64,000 bases of DNA, taken from assembly GCA_036267315.1 (NCBI GenBank), contig DATAWH010000055.1, positions 5,855-69,854 on the forward strand, written 5' to 3'. Numbering within the stretch: position 1 is the stretch's first letter; each line of letters begins with the position of its first letter. The notes under the pieces are model-generated. The model saw nothing but the letters and a program-made list of their open reading frames with translations. It ran no database searches and was not told the origin of the DNA. Below are positions 52,884 through 61,856 of this stretch, piece by piece. This stretch comes from Candidatus Cybelea sp. (GTDB lineage Bacteria; Vulcanimicrobiota; Vulcanimicrobiia; Vulcanimicrobiales; Vulcanimicrobiaceae). The position numbers and the translations under genes are program-made.

Positions 52884-54160
52884 CTTCCGAAGCGCGCGGG
52901 TTCGGGGAAGGGCTTTTTCGTACACGCCGTTGCGTAGTTGCAGAACGTGCACGCCGAGGGCGACCGCGCGGTCCCGAAGTGCTCGACGCTCCCCGAGGAT
53001 AGCAGCACGCTCAGTTCCCCCATTTTCATCCGCGATCGTTCGAGCTCGTCGAGGCGGATCGTCTTGCCGACCTCAAGCACGATCGGCTTGACGTCCAGAA
53101 GCGCGTCTTTGAGCGGGATCAGCATCAGCTTGGCGACCCGGTCGCCCTCCGCGGTTCGCGCCCAGTAGTAGAAGGGAAGCTGGAAATCGGCGAACCGGCG
53201 GACCTTCTCGGCGTACTCCGCGGCGCTGGTCGCGATGCTGCCGGTTTTGTAATCGACGACGCCCGCGGCGCCGGTTCGTTCGTCGCGATCCAAGCGGTCG
53301 ATGAAACCGACGAACGGCCGCCCCTCGATTTCGATGTTCGCGGGAACCTCGCGGCCGAGAACTTCGAAGGGCGCCTGGGCCTCCTCCGCCAGCAACCACT
53401 CGATGTATCGCAGCGCCGTTCGCTGCGCGCGCCGTACCTGCAGCTCGAACTCGACACGCGTTCCGAAATCGGCGCGGTTGCGTTCGAACGCCCACACAAC
53501 GTGTTCGCGCATCCGCCGCTGCATCGCCGCAACTTCGGACGGCCGCGGGCGCGGAAACTCGCCGTGAAAATCTTCGAGCGCGAGGTGAAAAGCGGTGCCG
53601 TAGGCCGACGCGGAGGAGCCTTCGTCTTCGACGGCCGCGCAGGCGTAGCGGTAGAACCACTTGCGAGCGCACTCCGCGTACGCATTGAGCGCCGACGCGC
53701 TGAAGTGCCGCTGCCAGCCCGCAACGCCGCGCGCTTCCTCCGGTTCGATCGCCTCCGCAAGCTCGAACTCGTCGGTGTCACCCTGAGCCGTGTCACCCTG
53801 AGCGTAGCCGGTGTCACCCTGAGCGTCGTCGGTGTCACCCTGAGCGTAGTCGAAGGGCGATCCGGAGGGCGCAAACGCTTCCGTAATTGCCGAGCGCAAT
53901 TCAGCGGGGCTGAGATCCTCCCCGAGCGCGCGCACGCGTCGCGCGCGCGACGCAAAGCGCAGGACGCTGTCGCGTTCGGGTGCGGGCAACGCCAGCGCGC
54001 TGCGGTCGATCGCGTCGAGCAGGTTTCCGGTTCGCGAGGCGAGCGTTGCATATGCTGCGCCGATATCGTGCGCCACGCCCGACTGGGGCGAGCGGATCAT
54101 GCGCAGGAGGGTCGCCTCTTCGCCGGTCCGATGCCAGCGCTCGGCATCGTCAATGAACAC
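52880..54160 (-). CDS. PD-(D/E)XK nuclease with AddB/Cas4-type Fe-S cysteines
   Basis: The nuclease core is GFIDRLD...VVDYKTGS. Four Cys fit the AddB/Cas4 pattern: one in YAECARKW and CTFCNYATAC near the C-terminus. The N-terminal ~100 aa resemble a UvrD 2B-domain segment (LLRMIRSPQSGV). The linker carries the in-frame repeat AQGDT x4. Confidence 0.75.
   Translation of the reverse strand: MFIDDAERWHRTGEEATLLRMIRSPQSGVAHDIGAAYATLASRTGNLLDAIDRSALALPAPERDSVLRFASRARRVRALGEDLSPAELRSAITEAFAPSGSPFDYAQGDTDDAQGDTGYAQGDTAQGDTDEFELAEAIEPEEARGVAGWQRHFSASALNAYAECARKWFYRYACAAVEDEGSSASAYGTAFHLALEDFHGEFPRPRPSEVAAMQRRMREHVVWAFERNRADFGTRVEFELQVRRAQRTALRYIEWLLAEEAQAPFEVLGREVPANIEIEGRPFVGFIDRLDRDERTGAAGVVDYKTGSIATSAAEYAEKVRRFADFQLPFYYWARTAEGDRVAKLMLIPLKDALLDVKPIVLEVGKTIRLDELERSRMKMGELSVLLSSGSVEHFGTARSPSACTFCNYATACTKKPFPEPARFGS
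53777..53860 (+). repeat. Four tandem GTCACCCTGAGC cores plus GTAGTCGAAGGGCGA, inside the nuclease CDS (opposite strand)
   Basis: The cores lie at 53777-53788, 53792-53803, 53813-53824 and 53834-53845, giving periods of 15, 21 and 21 nt (all multiples of 3). On the coding strand they translate as FDYAQGDTDDAQGDTGYAQGDTAQGDT. Confidence 0.9.
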
Positions 54161-54219
54161 CGTGCTGAAGTTACAGTTCCCACCAGGCGCCCCTGCACGC
54201 GACGTGTAACCGCCCTCCG

Positions 54220-54786
54220 ATGCGACGGATCATTGTCGGCATCAGCGGAGCGAGCGGCAGTCTCTACGGGTACATGGTGCTGCAGGCGCTGCGTTCGATC
54301 GGCGGCATCGAGACGCACCTCGTCCTCACGACGGCGGCTCGCCGGACCATCGAGCTCGAAACCGAGATGAGCGGCGAAGAGTTTGAGGCGCTCGCCGACG
54401 TGGTGCACCGAGACGACGACCTGGCCGCGGCAATTTCGAGCGGTTCGTTTCAGACCGACGGGATGCTCGTTATTCCGTGCTCGATGAAGAGCGCGAGCGC
54501 GATCGCCTATTCGATGAACGCCAACTTGCTCGTCCGCGCCGCAGACGTGTGCTTAAAGGAAAAGCGCAAACTCGTGCTGGTGATACGGGAGACGCCGCTG
54601 CACCTCGGCCACCTGCGCACGTTGACCCAGCTCGCGGAGATCGGCGCCGTCATCCTGCCGCCGATTCCGGCGATGTACGCAAATCCGCAGAGCGTCGACG
54701 AAATCATCGCCCATACCGTTGGTAAGGCGCTGGATCAGTTCGGCATCGCCAACGAGCTCTTCAGGCGCTGGCGAACCCCAACCTAA
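54220..54786 (+). CDS. ubiX: Flavin prenyltransferase UbiX
   Basis: The N-terminus RIIVGISGASGSLYG matches the family, as does the later block PCSMKSASAIAYS.NANLLVRAADV.LKE.RKLVLV.RETPL. Confidence 0.9.
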   Translation: MRRIIVGISGASGSLYGYMVLQALRSIGGIETHLVLTTAARRTIELETEMSGEEFEALADVVHRDDDLAAAISSGSFQTDGMLVIPCSMKSASAIAYSMNANLLVRAADVCLKEKRKLVLVIRETPLHLGHLRTLTQLAEIGAVILPPIPAMYANPQSVDEIIAHTVGKALDQFGIANELFRRWRTPT

Positions 54787-55538
54787 GAGCGAACGAGTTC
54801 CCGCGCGAGTTCGACGTCGCCAACGCGGTCGACGTTGACCCCGGTTTCGGGAAATGGCGAGACGAGCGCTCGGACCGGCGCCCCGAGGATTCGTGAGGCG
54901 CGTGCCTCGGCCTGGGCGATTGAGAGCCGCCCGATCGCAAAGCGCGCGAGCATATCCCAGCCAAAGAGCGAGGCCAGTTTGAACGGGTGCTTGCGCGCCG
55001 CTCCGAGGTCTTCGATGAACCGCTCGAGCAGCGGCAGCGCGCGCGGTTTGATCGCGGCGAGTCCGCCGCCGCAAAAGGTGCCGTCGCGCATCCGCGCCCA
55101 CGTGTGGGGAATGCGGGGATATCGCTGCAGATGGACTCGCTTTTCGACGCATCCGTAGACGACGTCGGCGTCCAACGCGGTCGAACGCTCGGCGAAGTCT
55201 TCGACGGCTGCGATCGTGAGAACCGGAAGATCCGACGTTGCAACGAGCAGCGCCCGATCGAAAGCGAAGCCCTCGAGCCCGTTGCGGAGGCTATCGCGAA
55301 TGCGCACGCCGTCGGGCCGAAAGTCGTCGGCCGCGCGCAGATCGGGGTTGCCCCACTCGTCCGGCGGCGTTACCACGACGATCCGTTCGATCGACGGAGA
55401 ATCGCGCAGCGCGGCGACGACGCGCCCGACCAGCGTCGTACCGCAGATATCGACGAAGGCTTTGTTCGGTGCACCCGGCTGCAGTTTCGCGACGTCGTCG
55501 CACGGGCCGCCGGCCAAGACGACGGCGTTCATCGCCAT
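54783..55538 (-). CDS. Nucleotidyltransferase-family protein (MobA/CobY-like NTP_transf_3)
   Basis: ATG 55538 gives MAMNAVVLAGGPCDDV...APNKAFVDICGTTLVGRVV, a GT-A nucleotidyltransferase N-terminus. It lacks the IspD signature. It overlaps the ispE stop. The maximal ORF to 55826 is antisense-type Arg-rich sequence. Confidence 0.55.
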   Translation of the reverse strand: MAMNAVVLAGGPCDDVAKLQPGAPNKAFVDICGTTLVGRVVAALRDSPSIERIVVVTPPDEWGNPDLRAADDFRPDGVRIRDSLRNGLEGFAFDRALLVATSDLPVLTIAAVEDFAERSTALDADVVYGCVEKRVHLQRYPRIPHTWARMRDGTFCGGGLAAIKPRALPLLERFIEDLGAARKHPFKLASLFGWDMLARFAIGRLSIAQAEARASRILGAPVRALVSPFPETGVNVDRVGDVELARELVRS

Positions 55539-56383
55539 TGCGGCGTTGCCGCGAAGCGCGTAACGATGCGTTCGAACGCTTCCGGAAGCGGCAAACGCTG
55601 GGCGATCGCCTCGATGGTAGCGTGGGCCGGCGCGAGGGCGAAGACGCAGGAGCCCGATCCGGCGAGCAGCGCATTGCCCGCGCCGGCGCTTCGCAACGCG
55701 TCGATTGCGGCCCCAACCTCCGGCGTTCTTGCGACGGTAAGTTCGTGAAAGTCGTTTTGCAGCAGCCTCTCGACCGCAACGAAGTCCGCGCGCTGCAACG
55801 CTTCGAGCATCTCGATCGAAACGCACGCCGTGCGCGGTCGCTGCGGCCGTTCGAGTTCATCGAGCTCGCGATAGGCTGCTGCGGTCGATACCGAGACCGG
55901 GGGCTTGACGATCAAAACGTGCCACGCCGGAATCGAACCGGCGGGGGTGACGCGCTCGCCCGTTCCCTCGACCAGTGCGGCGGTCTCCGCGAGGAAGAAC
56001 GGCACGTCTGAACCGAGCGAACGCGCAAGCTGCAGCCAATCGTGCGGCGGCGTCGGTCCGAGAATACCGCTCATAGCCGCGCGCAGCACGGCCGCCGCGT
56101 CGCTCGAACCGCCGCCCAGGCCGGCCTGCACGGGAATCCGCTTCGTCAGCCGCATCCGCACCGGAGGCAGCCGCCCGCATACGCTTGCGAGCGCCATGAC
56201 GGCGAGATTGCGCTCGCCGGCGAGCTCGATCCGATCGCATTCGAAGCCGAAGGCGCCTGCCGGCTCAAAGGCCAGCTCGTCGGCCAAGTCGAGCGGGACC
56301 ATCACGCTGCGAACGCCGTGGTGCCCGTCGGCGCGTCGGGCGAGCACTTCGAGCGTGAGGTTGATTTTTGCCGGCGCGTTCAA
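55529..56383 (-). CDS. ispE: 4-diphosphocytidyl-2-C-methyl-D-erythritol kinase
   Basis: Matching blocks are the N-terminus PAKINLTLEVL and the GHMP kinase motif KRIPVQAGLGGGSSDAAAVL. Confidence 0.9.
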   Translation of the reverse strand: MNAPAKINLTLEVLARRADGHHGVRSVMVPLDLADELAFEPAGAFGFECDRIELAGERNLAVMALASVCGRLPPVRMRLTKRIPVQAGLGGGSSDAAAVLRAAMSGILGPTPPHDWLQLARSLGSDVPFFLAETAALVEGTGERVTPAGSIPAWHVLIVKPPVSVSTAAAYRELDELERPQRPRTACVSIEMLEALQRADFVAVERLLQNDFHELTVARTPEVGAAIDALRSAGAGNALLAGSGSCVFALAPAHATIEAIAQRLPLPEAFERIVTRFAATPQWR

Positions 56384-56450
56384 TCCGCGTTCCGTTGGCC
56401 GTCGCGCGAGAAGGCGCCTTTGCGGCGGGTGCCGCAGTAGGAAGAAGGAG

Positions 56451-58895
56451 ATGGGCTCGAGTTATGACGCGCAACGCAACGAGTTTTGCGCTTACGTCCT
56501 GCACGAATCGGAGACCCCGTACGGGCTGCTGCTCGGAAACTATAAGGCTTACGCCCAGTCGACCGCCAAAGGCGGCGTCCGCGGGCTGTGGGATGCCGAT
56601 ACCGATCAGATCATCTTCGGAACTCACCACATCGCGTACCGAATCTCCGATCGCACGTTCTTTCCGCATCAGATCGAACGGGAGCTGACCTTTCTTCCGT
56701 ACGCGCAGATCTCTGAGTTCACGCTCGACCACCGCCTGCACGTCACCGAAGCCTTCTACGTTCCCCACGGGCCGGCGTTCGAACGCGCCATCTCCTTCGT
56801 CGTCGACGTCACGCTCTACAATCCGGGAGCTGCGGAGATGGAGGTCGCGATCTTCCCGTGGGCGATGCTCGTCGGTCAGCGATTCTACGGCGAGCCCGAA
56901 CACGAGGTGCGCGCGTGGAACGACGGGCGCCTCATCTGTTCGCGCAATCTCGAAACCGGGGGCGAACGCTGGTGGGGCGGATCCCGGCCGCCGGTTGCCG
57001 TCGAGCTGTCGCTGCGCGAACAGGTGCTGCTCGAATCGATGCGGCGGGCGACGCTGGTCAAGAGCGACTCGGCACCGTCGCTCGACGACGTGACCCCACA
57101 ACAGGCCGAACTCGTGAGCCGGCGCATCTTTGGCGCCTTCGAGTACCGCGTCACGGTCGCGGCGGGGGCGCGCGAATCGCTGCGCTTAGCCGTCGTCTAC
57201 CACAAGAGCGGAACCGAGAAGAGCAGGCCGGTGCTCGAGGCGCTGCTCGCCGATCCCAAGGCGCTGCACGACACGCAAAGTTACTTCGGCGAACGTCTCG
57301 ACGATGCGCGTTTCCTCACGCCTTCGCCGGAGATCAGCCGCGGGGTCGTCTGGGCGAAAGCCAACATGCTGCGCGTCGTCAAGGAGTATCCGCACGGCTG
57401 GGGATCCACCAACTCGCCGCCTTCGGACATCCTCGTCTCGCGGGATACGTCGTGGTTCGTGCACGGGTTCGACTATTTCTGGCCCGAGTTCAGCCGCAAC
57501 GCGCTCGAGGTCTTCAACGAAGCGGCCGAAGATTCGGGGCTGATGATCGAGTACGTGCGCGGCGTCAGCGGCTATAAAACCGACTACGACCTGAACATCA
57601 ACGACGATACGCCGCTGCATCTGATCGCGATGCTCCATCACTACAACGCGACGCTCGACGACGAGTGGGTTCGCAAGCACGTGGCGCTCGTCGTAAGGCT
57701 CACCGATTACATGCTCTCACAGCGCGACGACCACGGTCTGGTCCTCTGCCGGGCGAAGGGCGTCGACATGCACGGGATCTCGTCGTGGCGAAATATCATA
57801 CCCTACTACACGCTCGACGGGGCCGTGACCGAGATCAACGCCGAGTGCGTCTACGCGCTCGAAGCGGCTGCGATGCTCTGCGCCGTCGTCGGAGATCACG
57901 ATCACTGGGAGCGCTACAGCGCCGAAGCGCAGCGCATGCGCGCCGCGATGATGGATTATCTGTTTAACGACGACACCGGCGCGTTCGTCCTCAACTACGA
58001 TCAAGACGGCAACTATCAGGATAACTTTACGGCCGACGAAGTCTTTCCGGTGCTGTTCCAGATCTGCGATCAGGAGCAGCGCTCTGCGATCCTCAAGCGT
58101 TTGCAGGAGGCCGATTTCGTGACGCCGGTGGGGCTGCGAACGATCTCGACGGCAGATGCCTGGTACTTTCCCTCGTACGGCTTTGGGCTGCTCGGCGGGA
58201 TCTGGCCCGATCTGACGCTCTGGTACGCAGTTGCGCTCGCGCGTAACGACATGACCGACGACGCCGTTCGCTACCTCACGATGACGTACGCGGCGATGGA
58301 GGGCGGCAGCCCCCGCAACACGGTGCCCGGAGAGTTTGCCGAATGGTTCGACGGCGGATCGCTGAGCAACCGCGGAATGTACCTCTCTCCGTGGACCGGC
58401 GCAAAGTTTCTGTGGGCCGTCGCCGAAACGGTCGGCGGTTTGAACGGTTATCGCACGAGCGGCCGGCCGCATCTCTCGCCGCTGCGCCCGAAGGGCTGGC
58501 AGTGGGTCGCCGCCGCGCGCGTGCACTGGGGCGGCCGGCGCTGCACCTACGTCATCGATCTGCGCAGCGACACGATCTACGGCAACATGCCCGAACTGTC
58601 GGCAGAAGAGCCTTTCACTTGCATCTACGCCGGCCGGGACGTCAGCGACGAAGTGACGACCTCGCCGGTCGAGGTCGGCGCGATCGCTTTCGAAGACGAC
58701 GATGGCGCCGTGCGAATCTTCGTCGGCAACCACCTCGACCGTTCGCGCAACGTCCTCATCGAGTTTCGCGGCCACACGGCCCGGGTTGACATGGCCGCCG
58801 GCGAACTACGTGAAGTGCACCTCCTCGGCAAGCCGAGCGACCGTAAGGCGCGCGCCGCGAAACTCGACGTCGTCCGGCCGCTCGTTCGCGCGTGA
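56451..58895 (+). CDS. (alpha/alpha)6-barrel glycoside hydrolase, glycogen-debranching-enzyme (amylo-alpha-1,6-glucosidase) C-domain-like
   Basis: ATG 56451 is preceded by GAAGGAG. The C-terminal half has the six-hairpin pattern seen in GDE_C-type enzymes (WRNIIPYYTLDGAVTEINAECVYALEAAA, VTPVGLRTIS, GGIWPDLTLWYAVAL). The upstream part of the maximal ORF (55905..) is antisense to ispE. Confidence 0.55.
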   Translation: MGSSYDAQRNEFCAYVLHESETPYGLLLGNYKAYAQSTAKGGVRGLWDADTDQIIFGTHHIAYRISDRTFFPHQIERELTFLPYAQISEFTLDHRLHVTEAFYVPHGPAFERAISFVVDVTLYNPGAAEMEVAIFPWAMLVGQRFYGEPEHEVRAWNDGRLICSRNLETGGERWWGGSRPPVAVELSLREQVLLESMRRATLVKSDSAPSLDDVTPQQAELVSRRIFGAFEYRVTVAAGARESLRLAVVYHKSGTEKSRPVLEALLADPKALHDTQSYFGERLDDARFLTPSPEISRGVVWAKANMLRVVKEYPHGWGSTNSPPSDILVSRDTSWFVHGFDYFWPEFSRNALEVFNEAAEDSGLMIEYVRGVSGYKTDYDLNINDDTPLHLIAMLHHYNATLDDEWVRKHVALVVRLTDYMLSQRDDHGLVLCRAKGVDMHGISSWRNIIPYYTLDGAVTEINAECVYALEAAAMLCAVVGDHDHWERYSAEAQRMRAAMMDYLFNDDTGAFVLNYDQDGNYQDNFTADEVFPVLFQICDQEQRSAILKRLQEADFVTPVGLRTISTADAWYFPSYGFGLLGGIWPDLTLWYAVALARNDMTDDAVRYLTMTYAAMEGGSPRNTVPGEFAEWFDGGSLSNRGMYLSPWTGAKFLWAVAETVGGLNGYRTSGRPHLSPLRPKGWQWVAAARVHWGGRRCTYVIDLRSDTIYGNMPELSAEEPFTCIYAGRDVSDEVTTSPVEVGAIAFEDDDGAVRIFVGNHLDRSRNVLIEFRGHTARVDMAAGELREVHLLGKPSDRKARAAKLDVVRPLVRA

Positions 58896-59353
58896 AGTTT
58901 CCCGCGATCGTCCTGGCCGTCGGCGCTGCGGTACTGCTTCTGGCGGTCGTCATCGGGCAGCGCATGGGCGATCGCGTCATGCAGCAGGCCACGCAATCGC
59001 AGCTGAACTCCGTCATCCCGACGCCGCTCCCGACGGGAGCCGATACGTCGCCGCAGCCGTACGGCCCCGATTGGAAGCGCTCCGAAGCGCTTTCGGCGGC
59101 GGGCGACCCCCGTTTCCCCGATCCGCGGGTGCCTCCCCAGCCGGTGCCGACGCCAATTCCCGCGACGCCGAAGCCTCCACCGACTCCAACCCCCGTTCCA
59201 ACGGCCACGATCAATCCGAACATCCCGATCTGGCGGCAAAAGCCGCTTCCGGTGGGAACCAAGCAGGCCGAGCCAATCCCCTCGGGCGGTCTTATTACCC
59301 CCGCACCGCAGGCGTCCGGCGTTGAGAGTCCCACCCCGGAGCCGCCGCCCTAG
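58892..59353 (+). CDS. Hypothetical membrane-anchored proline-rich protein
   Basis: The GTG start overlaps the glycosidase stop (GTGA). There is one N-terminal TM ([20 protein letters not shown]), then a Pro/Thr-rich low-complexity tail ([22 protein letters not shown]). Confidence 0.5.
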   Translation: MKFPAIVLAVGAAVLLLAVVIGQRMGDRVMQQATQSQLNSVIPTPLPTGADTSPQPYGPDWKRSEALSAAGDPRFPDPRVPPQPVPTPIPATPKPPPTPTPVPTATINPNIPIWRQKPLPVGTKQAEPIPSGGLITPAPQASGVESPTPEPPP

Positions 59354-59400
59354 CGGCTTTCCTCAACGATTTGGTTGGGTGCGGCTGTTATGATAGTTCG

Positions 59401-60288
59401 ATGGAAAAGGGAACCGTAAAAGTTAAGCGCGGTCTCGCGCAGATGCTCAAAGGCGGCGTCATCATGGACGTGGTCACGGCCGAACACGCGGCGATCGCTC
59501 AAGAAGCCGGCGCGGTGGCCGTCATGGCGCTCGAACGCATTCCGGCCGATATCCGCGCTGCCGGCGGCGTCGCGCGCATGAGCGCGATCGACCTGATTCG
59601 CGGCATCATGGATGCGGTTACCATTCCGGTCATGGCGAAGGTTCGCATCGGCCACTTCGCCGAGGCGCAAGTACTGCAGCAGCTCGGCGTCGATTACATC
59701 GACGAGTCTGAAGTCCTGACTCCGGCCGACGACAAGTATCACGTCGACAAACACGCGTTTACGACGCCGTTCGTCTGCGGCGCGCGAGACCTGGGTGAGG
59801 CGCTGCGACGGGTCAGCGAAGGCGCGGCGATGATCCGCAGCAAGGGCGAAGCCGGCAGCGGCAACATCGTCGAAGCCGTGCGGCACATGCGCTCCATCGG
59901 CGACTCGATTCGCGAGTTGAGCGTCGCGCCGAAGGAAGAGCTCGTGGCGCGCGCGCGCGATCTGGGCGCGTCTTACGAACTGGTCGCCGAGGTCGCACAG
60001 AACGGAAAGCTTCCCGTCGTCCTCTTCTGCGCCGGCGGCGTCGCGACGCCGGCCGACGCGGCGCTGATGATGCAGCTCGGCGCGGAGGGCATCTTCGTGG
60101 GCAGCGGCATCTTCAAATCGAAAGATCCCAAACGTTTCGCGCGCGCGATCGTCGACGCGACGACGCACTTCAACGATCCGGCCGTCGTGCTCGAGGCCTG
60201 CCGTTCCCTAGGACAATCCGAAGCGATGCCCGGCCTCGACGTGCGCCAGATGAGTGAGGCCGAGCTCATGGCACCGCGTGGTAACTGA
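59401..60288 (+). CDS. pdxS: Pyridoxal 5'-phosphate synthase, lyase subunit PdxS
   Basis: Matching blocks are [45 protein letters not shown]. The protein is highly conserved PdxS throughout. Confidence 0.95.
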   Translation: MEKGTVKVKRGLAQMLKGGVIMDVVTAEHAAIAQEAGAVAVMALERIPADIRAAGGVARMSAIDLIRGIMDAVTIPVMAKVRIGHFAEAQVLQQLGVDYIDESEVLTPADDKYHVDKHAFTTPFVCGARDLGEALRRVSEGAAMIRSKGEAGSGNIVEAVRHMRSIGDSIRELSVAPKEELVARARDLGASYELVAEVAQNGKLPVVLFCAGGVATPADAALMMQLGAEGIFVGSGIFKSKDPKRFARAIVDATTHFNDPAVVLEACRSLGQSEAMPGLDVRQMSEAELMAPRGN

Positions 60289-60355
60289 CCCTTCGCCCTT
60301 CGCCCTTCGACAGGCTCAGGGTGACATGGCTCAGGGTGACATGGCTCAGGGTGAC
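60289..60355 (-). repeat. Repeat-family array filling the whole pdxS-pdxT spacer (inverted orientation)
   Basis: CCCTTCG occurs three times (60289-60309), followed by ACAG. GCTCAGGGTGAC occurs three times (60314-60325, 60329-60340, 60344-60355) with a 15-nt period. The reverse complement is GTCACCCTGAGCCAT x2, then GTCACCCTGAGCCTGTCGAAGGGCGAAGGGCGAAGGG. Confidence 0.9.
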
Positions 60356-60357
60356 GC

Positions 60358-60954
60358 ATGATTGACGTCGGCGTTCTAGCATTGCAGGGTGACGTCGTCG
60401 AGCATTTCGCGGCGCTCGAGCGCGCCGGCGCCCAGCCGGTAGCCGTCAAGACGCCCGCCGATCTCGCCCGCGTCGACGCGCTGATCGTTCCAGGCGGTGA
60501 GTCGACGACCGTGATGAAGCTGCTCGACCGCTCGGGACTGGGGCAGCCGATTTCTCAGCGCGTCCGCGGCGGTATGCCGCTTTGGGGAACCTGCATGGGA
60601 ATGATCGTGGCCGCTCGTGAGGTCGCCGGGCTCGTGCAGCCGACGCTCGATCTCATCGATATCACCGTACGGCGTAATGCGTTCGGCCGCCAAAACGATT
60701 CCGCGGAAGTTTTGCTCGAAATTCCGGCGCTCGGTGCCCAGCCGTTTCCCGCCGTATTCATTCGGGCGCCGTGGATCGAGCGATGCGGCGCGAACGTCCA
60801 GCTCCTCGCGCAGCGCGACGGGCACGGCGTCATGGTGCGTGAAGGCAACGTCCTGGCCACGGCCTTTCATCCCGAATTGACGAACGACGTGCGCATTCAC
60901 CGGTACTTTTTGGGAATGCGCGACCAGCAAGGGAAGGCCTCAGCAGCCGCATAA
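60358..60954 (+). CDS. pdxT: Pyridoxal 5'-phosphate synthase, glutaminase subunit PdxT
   Basis: Matching blocks are VGVLALQGDVVEH, ALIVPGGESTT, the nucleophile context WGTCMGMI, and the C-terminal FHPELT. Confidence 0.93.
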   Translation: MIDVGVLALQGDVVEHFAALERAGAQPVAVKTPADLARVDALIVPGGESTTVMKLLDRSGLGQPISQRVRGGMPLWGTCMGMIVAAREVAGLVQPTLDLIDITVRRNAFGRQNDSAEVLLEIPALGAQPFPAVFIRAPWIERCGANVQLLAQRDGHGVMVREGNVLATAFHPELTNDVRIHRYFLGMRDQQGKASAAA

Positions 60955-60967
60955 CTTCGGGAAAGGG

Positions 60968-61258
60968 ATGTCCACCCGAAGCGCCCCTCCCGAAATGCAG
61001 GGGGGATTTCAAGGGCAAATTCCGCCCGTCGAGCCTTTGCTCTGCGAGGTGATTGCGACGCTCGCGTTAGCTGCGCACGCGTACCTTACGGAAGAAGACG
61101 GTAGCCAACCCAACTATGAGTCCGCCGAGATCGCGATCGACGTCGCGTCGGCTGCTTTCGATCGAGTCAAAGAACGACTGCCTGCCGATCAACGGTTAGC
61201 GATAACGCAGATGCTAACCGAAACGCGAATGACGTTCGTCCGGCAGCGAGGCACCTAG
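60968..61258 (+). CDS. DUF1844-like small protein
   Basis: This 96-aa protein has a hydrophobic central helix (LLCEVIATLALAAHAYL). Its C-terminus (LPADQRLAITQMLTETRMTFVRQ) fits my recollection of the DUF1844 pattern. Confidence 0.55.
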   Translation: MSTRSAPPEMQGGFQGQIPPVEPLLCEVIATLALAAHAYLTEEDGSQPNYESAEIAIDVASAAFDRVKERLPADQRLAITQMLTETRMTFVRQRGT

Positions 61259-61287
61259 ATGCCTCGCCTTCGTACCGGCAGGCCCGC

Positions 61288-61818
61288 ATGAGCGAAGTGC
61301 TCGTGCTCAACTTCACCTACGAGGCGCTCAACGTCACGAGCTTTCAGCGTGCCGTCAAGCTGCTGTTCGCCGGGAAGGCCGAGATGCTGCACGGGCGAGA
61401 GCGAATGCTTGCCTCGCCGACCTACGAGATGCGCATGCCCTCGATCATCCGGATGCTGTACTACATTCGCCGGCCGACGCAGAAGGTCGCGCTGACCAAA
61501 AAGAACGTCCTCATTCGCGACGATCACAGCTGCCAGTACTGCGGATTGCGCGGGGACCGTTTGATGACCGTCGACCACGTCACGCCCAAGAGCCGGGGCG
61601 GGGAGTCGACCTGGGAAAACCTCGTCTGCGCGTGCATGCGCTGCAACAATCGCAAGAACAACCGAACGCCGCGCGAAGCAAACATGACGCTGCAGCGCAA
61701 ACCGCGACAGCCCAAGTACATCCCGTGGATTCAGATCAAGCGCAACACGCTGCCCGACGAGTGGGGCAAGTTTTTGTTCCTCTACAACGTTTCAATCGAC
61801 GAACGGATCGAGACCTAG
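61288..61818 (+). CDS. HNH endonuclease family protein
   Basis: The HNH motif is present: CQYCG......TVDHVTPKSRGGESTWENLVCACMRCNNRK. Confidence 0.85.
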   Translation: MSEVLVLNFTYEALNVTSFQRAVKLLFAGKAEMLHGRERMLASPTYEMRMPSIIRMLYYIRRPTQKVALTKKNVLIRDDHSCQYCGLRGDRLMTVDHVTPKSRGGESTWENLVCACMRCNNRKNNRTPREANMTLQRKPRQPKYIPWIQIKRNTLPDEWGKFLFLYNVSIDERIET

Positions 61819-61856
61819 CGAGGCTCCGCAAAAAAGCCGGCGTTTTCTTTCGACGC

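Noticed and set aside
55905-56450. N-terminal 182-codon extension of the glycosidase ORF (996 aa as listed)
   Set aside because: The extension is antisense to ispE and Ser/Arg/Ala-rich. A GAAGGAG Shine-Dalgarno precedes ATG 56451, where recognisable sequence starts. The same logic was applied to the extensions of 6446..8563, 54783..55826, 44025..45104, 297..1061, 18634..19257, 22382..23839, 35417..36988 and 63123..63962.
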